From: a virus
Lineage: Duplodnaviria > Caudoviricetes
IMG/VR virus record: IMGVR_UViG_3300033565_000009
Coordinates: 1-41,838 of that record
DNA: 41,838 bases
Strand: one strand, 5' to 3'
The notes below the pieces were generated by a model. It ran no database searches, was not told the DNA's origin, and saw only the letters and a program-made list of their open reading frames with translations. Position numbers and translations under genes: made by a program. Shown piece by piece: positions 35,101-41,838 of this stretch; the first letter of the stretch is position 1; each line of letters starts with the position of its first letter.

Positions 35101-35359
35101 TTGGTACCACCGCCCTCCCCTGGGCAATAAAAGATAATAACACGGGATGATTGACCAGCTGGGCCGGGTCAGTTGACTGGGCCATCTTGCAGTACAGTAC
35201 AACAGCCTCAACAGCAAGAGCATCCGGGGTGGAGATATCCCACCCCGCGCCCTTGAAATATGCTGTTGCACCGTCAATCATACCTTGAATCTCAGCATCT
35301 TTGTTTGCTTCGGAGTAGAACACTCCAAGCCTTGGTTTTACTTGATCAATCAGTGCCAT
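35093..35359 (-). CDS. Head-tail connector (gp6-like)
   Basis: L...VK..L......D..I...I..A......AG pattern. Confidence 0.75.
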   Translation of the reverse strand: MALIDQVKPRLGVFYSEANKDAEIQGMIDGATAYFKGAGWDISTPDALAVEAVVLYCKMAQSTDPAQLVNHPVLLSFIAQGRAVVPSA

Positions 35360-35373
35360 ACTCCGCTGCCTCC

Positions 35374-36315
35374 TTAAACCACGATATACAGGTCGATGTC
35401 TTTGGCTCCATCAGGTGTACCATTGACTGCAAAAACGTTCTTTTCCAGCTCATCAGCATCATTGGTAATCGTGCCAGTATCTGCAGCCTTGTTGAAAAGT
35501 TTCAGAAGAACCAGTTCTGCAGCATATAGTTCGTAGGGCAGGCCAAACTTTACCCCCCAGCCAACGCTGACCTTGTCATAGGGTACGCCCGTGGTACCAT
35601 TTGTGGAACTTCCAACAGTGACACCCGTACTGCCGGCGGTAACAGCCATGGCAAGAGTACTGTCATTTGCCGCCGGGGTTTTATCCGCCAGTGTGATTAC
35701 TCCTGCCTCATTACTGGCTGTGAATACGGCACCTATTTTGTCATCATCATTCAGAGCAGCGACAATAGCTGCAGCCACTTCAGTCACGGTATCCATTGCC
35801 GTGGTCAACGCAACGGTTACCGATGCTGGAGAATCAGCACCAAGCAGCGTACCAGCGGTTACCGCTACGGTGATATCACCAGCCGTGCTGCAACCAGCGG
35901 TAACTGCAATCGTTTCTGTCTGGGCTGCTGGAGTGTGAACCTGTACCGGCAGATCAACTTTGGTAACCGTTTTGAATGCCAGACTACCAGGAACATCAGT
36001 GGTACCGTTTAATGCCAGGGTTTCAGTTATTGCATCACCATCGAAGTTGGTACCATAAATCTTGACATTTCCAGTAATACCAGATACGTTACCGTCAATA
36101 ACCAGGTTTCGCGGAACCGCCGGACTGGTCAGGCCAGCAGTAATTGACTGTACTGCTGCGCCCAGGTTGGTCAGTGCCATTACCCCGTTGGTATTGGCAG
36201 CCGGTGCGTTTGCTCCGTCAATGTGGTAGCGAGCACCAAAGGCGCGGTAAATTTCCACGCCTTTGGCATCCGTTTTTATCAGACCAAGTTTAGGATTAAA
36301 TGCAGATCTAGTCAT
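35374..36315 (-). CDS. Putative capsid decoration/fibre protein
   Basis: Ala/Thr/Gly-rich gene directly after the major capsid gene. Confidence 0.6.
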   Translation of the reverse strand: MTRSAFNPKLGLIKTDAKGVEIYRAFGARYHIDGANAPAANTNGVMALTNLGAAVQSITAGLTSPAVPRNLVIDGNVSGITGNVKIYGTNFDGDAITETLALNGTTDVPGSLAFKTVTKVDLPVQVHTPAAQTETIAVTAGCSTAGDITVAVTAGTLLGADSPASVTVALTTAMDTVTEVAAAIVAALNDDDKIGAVFTASNEAGVITLADKTPAANDSTLAMAVTAGSTGVTVGSSTNGTTGVPYDKVSVGWGVKFGLPYELYAAELVLLKLFNKAADTGTITNDADELEKNVFAVNGTPDGAKDIDLYIVV

Positions 36316-36325
36316 GTTTTACCTC

Positions 36326-37540
36326 CTATTTCTTGGCAATGGTGACCAGGGAGTTTACATCAACGACCTTTCCATCCACTGCCATTACCGCTTTGGTCAG
36401 CATATCCTCAGTATCCCAGTCCTGCTTGCGTTGGACACCCATGTCATAAACAGTGTTCAGGGCATAATCAGAGAAATTGAAGATAAACGCGAAAACCTTG
36501 GCTGCTGTCAGGGATGCACTGAAGCTGTCCATATAATCTCCGCACAGAATAACGCTTCTGCCCAGTAGGGTGCGTTCAGGTTTGCCTCCGATTCCGTAGT
36601 TGATACGGGCTATAGGTTGGCCGTTTGCATCTTCAATGCCAATAAAACCCATAAAGGTTTTCTTGGTCATGCACCAGACAGCCCCGCCCTCATATGCCTG
36701 CGGAAGTGCTGCTTCTGCTTCGATAAGCAGCCCATAGGAAAGAGCAGATGCTTCAAGGGCCTGTCCTGTTGCCGGCGTTTCAGTCAGAATACCCTTCGGT
36801 GATGCGGTACCAGCTCCGCTAATAATGGACTGCTCGATGGCTTTGATCATCGCCTCGGTTACCTGGCGAACAAAAGCTTCTTCAAAAGCAGATATTGCCA
36901 TGGTGCTGGCTTCCATCGACATAGAGATTTCGCAACGTAATTTGAAACGGGTAAATGTAATCGTGCCGGTAGTTTTTTTCTGCCGGTCTGAGCTGGCTCC
37001 TTCAGACACCCATGATGCCACAGGTTTCACGCTTGATGTCGGAATGTTGACGCCGGCAGCAAAAGCAGTGCGGGTAACGAGCGGGAGAATCATGCCTGTG
37101 CTTTCAAGCTTTTCAACGATTTTATTTACCAGGACGGTGGGGATCACGCTGCCGATGTCAGTCGTTAAGGTATTTGCATCTACGCGGAGTTCGGACGGAA
37201 TCTCAACGCCACGGGTTACATACTGCTGGAAAGCCTTTCTGTATTCCATGCCATCCTCATCAGCCGCTTTACGCTGTTCCTGCTGTTTGGCATTCGTGGC
37301 AACCATACCAGGAATTTCACCATTGATGGCCGCAGTTCTCTGGTCAGGGTCTTTGGGGTCAATATCATCCGGCATCCCGTCAATCATTTCCTGCAGGCTG
37401 CGGATTTCCGTATTCAGCGTGTCCAGTTCCGAATTGAAAGCCCTCAGTTCTTCCACTTTTTCAGTTTTATCAGCCAGGGCAACAATATCTTTTTTCCGAG
37501 TTTCTTTGGCGGTAAGCATCACCTGTAATTTTTTCTTCAT
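36326..37540 (-). CDS. Major capsid protein (HK97 fold, with delta domain)
   Basis: Coiled-coil N-terminus, VIPT....I, G.G...PKGI, D.NGQP, LLGR.V, DGKV. Confidence 0.93.
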   Translation of the reverse strand: MKKKLQVMLTAKETRKKDIVALADKTEKVEELRAFNSELDTLNTEIRSLQEMIDGMPDDIDPKDPDQRTAAINGEIPGMVATNAKQQEQRKAADEDGMEYRKAFQQYVTRGVEIPSELRVDANTLTTDIGSVIPTVLVNKIVEKLESTGMILPLVTRTAFAAGVNIPTSSVKPVASWVSEGASSDRQKKTTGTITFTRFKLRCEISMSMEASTMAISAFEEAFVRQVTEAMIKAIEQSIISGAGTASPKGILTETPATGQALEASALSYGLLIEAEAALPQAYEGGAVWCMTKKTFMGFIGIEDANGQPIARINYGIGGKPERTLLGRSVILCGDYMDSFSASLTAAKVFAFIFNFSDYALNTVYDMGVQRKQDWDTEDMLTKAVMAVDGKVVDVNSLVTIAKK

Positions 37541-37541
37541 A

Positions 37542-38186
37542 TCAAATCTTTCCTTTCAAAGTAATTTTTTGTTTCAGGAGCTGCATTTCCGCTTGGCTGT
37601 CCAGCTGCTTCTTTTCGTTATCCAACGCCCTTAACTCAATTTCCATCTCATCAAGGGAGCGCGCGTAAATGCTCGTATCTTTATATGTGCCGCTATATGC
37701 GGTAGATACGTCAATTAGTTTGGGTATATGTGTGATCCTTCGAATGGGAATTCCATCGGCAGATCGCGTCCACACTGACTGTGTTCCCATTTCTTTTTTG
37801 GGAAAAGCAAAAGACATTTCAGGCAAAAGCCCATCTCTAACCTCTGTATATACATCCTTGGATTTTTGCGTATTAGATAAAACCGCTCTCATTTCAAGTC
37901 CAGCCGGGGTCTTGGTCAACTGCAAGCTCTTATTCCTTACTCGAGCCAGGACATCTTGATGATTATGTTTAAGAGCCGTATCACTCATGTCTGTGTTATC
38001 CAGGGCCCTGCGGTCTATAATCTCAATGTATTTCTGAAGCTCACCCTTACTATTAAGACCCTGAATCATTGTAGGAGTCTCAAACACAATTGGGGTACCG
38101 TAAAGTTCCATTACCCCCTCTGCTCCGTCTTGGGCCCTGATCTCAGCAATACGATATTCTCGATCGAGCTTAAATTCAGTACTCAT
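37542..38186 (-). CDS. HK97-family prohead protease
   Basis: E.I...A, NH...LAR, MSFAF, DVS motifs. Confidence 0.88.
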   Translation of the reverse strand: MSTEFKLDREYRIAEIRAQDGAEGVMELYGTPIVFETPTMIQGLNSKGELQKYIEIIDRRALDNTDMSDTALKHNHQDVLARVRNKSLQLTKTPAGLEMRAVLSNTQKSKDVYTEVRDGLLPEMSFAFPKKEMGTQSVWTRSADGIPIRRITHIPKLIDVSTAYSGTYKDTSIYARSLDEMEIELRALDNEKKQLDSQAEMQLLKQKITLKGKI

Positions 38187-38195
38187 TAATACCTC

Positions 38196-39647
38196 CTATT
38201 CCAGCCCTTCAATTATCTTCTGGGCTTCTTGTCTTGATATGCCAATTGCAATACTAACTATATTGATTGCTTGTCCAAGCGTTAATTGCTTGGCCGCATA
38301 CTGCTCCATAACCGCCAATAGAGACTGAGTCTGTGCACCATTTAATGATTTTCCGGCAACATCCTGGGCAACATTTTCTGCCTCTTCAGCAACAGCTGGA
38401 GATGGATCTGCAGCTGTTGGCTGGGCAACAATACCCGCCTTCCCTTTCTGATAGGCATCGATATCTTCGATGTTTACATAATTCAGGCTCTGCAGCCTGC
38501 GATTGCCGCCTTCAAAAGGTTCAATGCCATACATTTCATTGATCTGATTTAAGGTCATAATTCCTGTTTCTTTGGCTAAATTGGCAAGATTCATTTTGTC
38601 AGCAGTTGCCATGTAATTTACTTTACTGTAATAGCACTTTACCCTACGCCCCACATCCTGCTCACGCGTGGTGAATATACAGGCGGTCATCGCCTGCTCG
38701 AACTGGACAATAAAATCCTCAATGGCGGTCTGATAAAAAGCGCTGTGCTGCTCACCTTTGTAATCACCAGATAGTATTGCGGCTGATACACCATAACGCT
38801 CCTGGATGACAGACTTTAAGAATGTCAGTGCATTATCCGGTATATCTGCAGCCTTGATATTCACCGGCGTAAAATCTCCAGCCAAGTCAGTTGCAACCAT
38901 GCCTGAGCTGCTGGTCGTTATATGATCTTCAAAATCATTTCTGATTCCAGCTAACTTCTGCGTATCAGCCAATGTTTTTGCATGATAGACACCTTTTATC
39001 TGCAGACTTGCTTCAATGCTTTTGGGCAGTCCCTGAATCGTTTTATCCAAGGCTTCAATGGTGCGGATCACATCAAAATTATTTACTGCCCCGAAATCAT
39101 CCCCGCCGCCGATTATTGTATTCGCGCCCCTGCGCCAGCGCAAATGAATTAAGTCGCTATACGGCAATGTGTAGCTGCTACCATCCTCGAAATCCATTCT
39201 AATTTCCCAGACATCCCCATTATTTTCACCAATATAGACCGCTTGGGGTTTGAGAGGATAAAAAGCAATGTACTTTCTAAATTCCCGGCCATCCGGCAGT
39301 TTAATGATTTGATATTGCGGATAAATAAAGGCATTACAATATTTTCGCCTCAGCCACTCCACATTCGCCAAGAAGTCGCTGGTTGTCTGCAGCGGATTGG
39401 GCTTGAAACGGAATAAGCGTGTAATATCGTCATTCTGAATATGAACCACATCACTATTGAGGACAATGCTCTTTAATTCGATTTTGCTGATCTCGCTGGC
39501 AATGCGATCTATCGCGTTGTTTACAAAATCGGATAGATAAATGTTCTTACCGAAGCTTGAAAATATCGGGACTGAGTCAGTCAGCCAGGCATAATATTGA
39601 CTTTCCTTGCCTCTGAATATATTTTTCAAATAGTTTATAATTGCCAT
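38196..39647 (-). CDS. Portal protein (HK97 family) with a C-terminal extension
   Basis: V..AI..IA..IS, PN..QT..DF, IHLR, GIMT.N....G..P..GG. Confidence 0.92.
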   Translation of the reverse strand: MAIINYLKNIFRGKESQYYAWLTDSVPIFSSFGKNIYLSDFVNNAIDRIASEISKIELKSIVLNSDVVHIQNDDITRLFRFKPNPLQTTSDFLANVEWLRRKYCNAFIYPQYQIIKLPDGREFRKYIAFYPLKPQAVYIGENNGDVWEIRMDFEDGSSYTLPYSDLIHLRWRRGANTIIGGGDDFGAVNNFDVIRTIEALDKTIQGLPKSIEASLQIKGVYHAKTLADTQKLAGIRNDFEDHITTSSSGMVATDLAGDFTPVNIKAADIPDNALTFLKSVIQERYGVSAAILSGDYKGEQHSAFYQTAIEDFIVQFEQAMTACIFTTREQDVGRRVKCYYSKVNYMATADKMNLANLAKETGIMTLNQINEMYGIEPFEGGNRRLQSLNYVNIEDIDAYQKGKAGIVAQPTAADPSPAVAEEAENVAQDVAGKSLNGAQTQSLLAVMEQYAAKQLTLGQAINIVSIAIGISRQEAQKIIEGLE

Positions 39648-39662
39648 TTTTCACCTTCTCCC

Positions 39663-41348
39663 CTATCCGATTAAACTCATAAATTCAGACCGGTACCATT
39701 CCATGATTGCATAAGCAATAACAGCAGCTGCCGTACCGTCTATGCGTTTTGTTGTGTGCATTTTGCATGGCATAACTCTGCCCAGGGTGTCCAGCTTAAT
39801 ACCGGTATTACAAAAGCACCAAAAATCAATTGGATTATTCTGATATATAACCAGCTTATCTCGCAGATCCGCTTCCAGTGTTCGCATTGGGTTATTTAAC
39901 ACTTTTGCCTCCTGGGGAACATTGACTGCAATCTTTTCGCCAAAAATTTCAACATATCTGCGTTCAAAATCCTTTGCAAAACGATTATCATAACCGCTCT
40001 TATATGGCTTAAGATCATATTCTTTAAATAATTCATAATGCCAATCCGCAATCATAGATGATTCTACCGAGTTCCCTGGTACAATGGTCAGCAGTCCGGC
40101 AGTCTTCCATGCTAAATAATCAACATCATCCGGAGCATTGATAAGCTTACTCTCTGGGATCCAATAGCGAGAATAGAAATAAATCTTTCTATCATTAGGT
40201 TTTTTGAGTAGTAGCTTACTCGCGCATAAATCCGTTGTTTCAGCGAAGTCATTTCCTGAAATATAAAAACCTCCGACAAATTCTTTCAAGTCGAAGGTTT
40301 CAGTATTTATAATTTCAGCCTGCTGCAGCCAGGCCTGGGCATTTGACTGTTTTATATTAAAGTCCTTGGCCAGCATGAAGGCCCGTGTTGCACTGTTGGT
40401 TTTAGCTTCTTCAACCAATCCATCAAGGTAATGCCATTTCTTTGCTATTCCTAAATTAGGATTAGACTTTACCCAGCTGGACCGGTTCTGCCAGATTTCA
40501 GTTTCATTGTCCTGAGTATATAGCCATATCAACCACCTTGGCCGGTATAGTTCACCCTTTAAAACTCTCCGGGCCTCCACCAACCGTTTATCTAGGTACC
40601 CATCTTCCGTAAATCCTTCAGTGGTGATCTCCCAGTATAAAGGCTCATCTTTAGTAGACATTGACTGTTTAATCGGGCGTACCAAGCTATCATCTTTCAT
40701 TTCATGTACTTCATCAACAAAGGCAACGTCTACATTTTTTCCTTCTTTTGCCCCTGTTTTGGCTGATAGTTTTTTGATCTTGGCTTTATTCTGCCGGCTG
40801 AATTTACCTTTCTTTTTCTTCTGTTTCGGGTTCCCCATAAAAATGCCTTTGATGTTTTTACGGCTTACCTTAACAAGCTTCGGACTTTCCTCGCGCATAT
40901 TATTAATTTCGTCAAAAACCAATCCGGCCTGCTCATAGTCATTTGATGCACAAAGGATATTTGTTCCGACGTTTCCGCAAAAGAATTCAGCATTTCCATC
41001 CCCTGCAACCTCAGTAGTCTTGCCGTTTTTTCGACCTACCATATAAAGCACTTCTGTAAATCGCCTAAGCCATTTCCCCTCGAGCTCCATCTGAAAACCG
41101 TAAATAGCTTCCCTAAGCGCTTTCTGGTGTAGCTCCAATATAAAAGGTTTACCGGCGAAAGGTGATATACTATGTTTGCATTCATTCTCGATAAACCTGA
41201 TCCGTTTATGTGCTTCGGTTGTATCAAAGCGATAAAGGGGATTCTGCATATCATCTATTAGCATTTCCAGCTGCACCATGAGTTCCCTGCCAATAATAAT
41301 TTCACCTGACTTGCATTTCTCATAATACTCAACCAGATAACTATGCAT
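39663..41348 (-). CDS. terL: Terminase large subunit (cos-type, Terminase_1 family)
   Basis: GRKNGKT Walker A, FVDEVH Walker B, ITTEG, W.KSNPNLG, RIDG. Confidence 0.95.
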   Translation of the reverse strand: MHSYLVEYYEKCKSGEIIIGRELMVQLEMLIDDMQNPLYRFDTTEAHKRIRFIENECKHSISPFAGKPFILELHQKALREAIYGFQMELEGKWLRRFTEVLYMVGRKNGKTTEVAGDGNAEFFCGNVGTNILCASNDYEQAGLVFDEINNMREESPKLVKVSRKNIKGIFMGNPKQKKKKGKFSRQNKAKIKKLSAKTGAKEGKNVDVAFVDEVHEMKDDSLVRPIKQSMSTKDEPLYWEITTEGFTEDGYLDKRLVEARRVLKGELYRPRWLIWLYTQDNETEIWQNRSSWVKSNPNLGIAKKWHYLDGLVEEAKTNSATRAFMLAKDFNIKQSNAQAWLQQAEIINTETFDLKEFVGGFYISGNDFAETTDLCASKLLLKKPNDRKIYFYSRYWIPESKLINAPDDVDYLAWKTAGLLTIVPGNSVESSMIADWHYELFKEYDLKPYKSGYDNRFAKDFERRYVEIFGEKIAVNVPQEAKVLNNPMRTLEADLRDKLVIYQNNPIDFWCFCNTGIKLDTLGRVMPCKMHTTKRIDGTAAAVIAYAIMEWYRSEFMSLIG

Positions 41349-41664
41349 AATCGTCCAGTCCTTCATCATCGTCTTCCACTTCCACGGCCAGGTGCTTCAT
41401 CAATTTATCCATTATGTTTGTGAGCGCTGCGCTATGCTTTGCGATCTGGCCGGAAATAGGCAAAACCTGCTGCATCATAGGATTATCCGGGTGTATTTTT
41501 ACCAGCCCCGTTTCAAGCGCCTGGCGGTTAAGCCGGCGAAGGAATATTTTTTCGTAAGCTGCCTGCTCGATCAGCGCGTCCAGGGCATCAAGTTTATTTT
41601 CATCAGCTGCGGCAAATCTTTCTTTTAGCCGGCTGATCTCGGCTGATAACTCGGTATTTTGCAT
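41341..41664 (-). CDS. terS: Terminase small subunit (P27-like)
   Basis: Helical 107-aa ORF overlapping the terL start; acidic C-terminus. Confidence 0.75.
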   Translation of the reverse strand: MQNTELSAEISRLKERFAAADENKLDALDALIEQAAYEKIFLRRLNRQALETGLVKIHPDNPMMQQVLPISGQIAKHSAALTNIMDKLMKHLAVEVEDDDEGLDDYA

Positions 41665-41739
41665 TATATCACCAACTTTTTCTCGATCTCGGAAAACCAA
41701 AATCAAAAAGTCAAAACTTCACTGTATGTCACATAAGGG
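41614..41739. repeat. Terminal direct repeat, right copy
   Basis: Identical to 1-126. Confidence 0.97.
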
Positions 41740-41838
41740 AGATCGGAAGAGCGTCGTGTAGGGAAAGAGTGTAAATAGTGGGTGACGACGTAGCATTAAA
41801 TATAATGAAAAGAGAGTAAATAGAAAAAAAAGCAGAGA
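41740..41838 (+). other. Sequencing artefact: Illumina TruSeq adapter read-through and low-quality tail
   Basis: AGATCGGAAGAGCGTCGTGTAGGGAAAGAGTGT at 41740-41772, then a degraded P5-like stretch and A-rich junk. Confidence 0.97.

Noticed and set aside
30393-37959. Long plus-strand ORFs (e.g. 30975-31631, 31743-32363, 36825-37634)
   Set aside because: Antisense shadows of structural genes with Ser-rich composition and no recognisable motifs.
41740-41838. Host flank or att junction at the contig end
   Set aside because: It is Illumina adapter plus low-quality sequence.

Overview
A complete temperate siphovirus genome (41,613 bp unique) of a Firmicutes host, probably Clostridia (inferred from gene families and SigA-type promoters). 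Bases 1-126 repeat at 41614-41739 and are followed by Illumina adapter read-through. On the minus strand are HK97-type head and tail genes, a lysis cassette with a C39-peptidase endolysin, and an early operon (Cro, DUF5131, a C5 methyltransferase with tandem TRD-like repeats, initiator/ori, DnaC-like ATPase, PAPS-reductase-like protein). On the plus strand are a cI-like repressor, a large serine integrase with an intact candidate attP, and an accessory FtsK + Replic_Relax + RHH module. The most striking region is 19.5-22.05 kb. There a XerD-like tyrosine recombinase sits next to an array of two small gene cassettes (593 and 777 bp) bounded by three directly repeated 11-6-11 sites with an identical GAATAG core. 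Each cassette carries a diverged copy of the same 66-aa gene plus a different cargo gene, which looks like an integron-like gene-capture system on a phage. Two small three-way-junction RNAs of matching architecture flank the recombinase, with C-rich loops complementary to the ribosome-binding regions of the recombinase and the first lysis gene. All calls come from reading the sequence by eye; no searches or folding programs were run.
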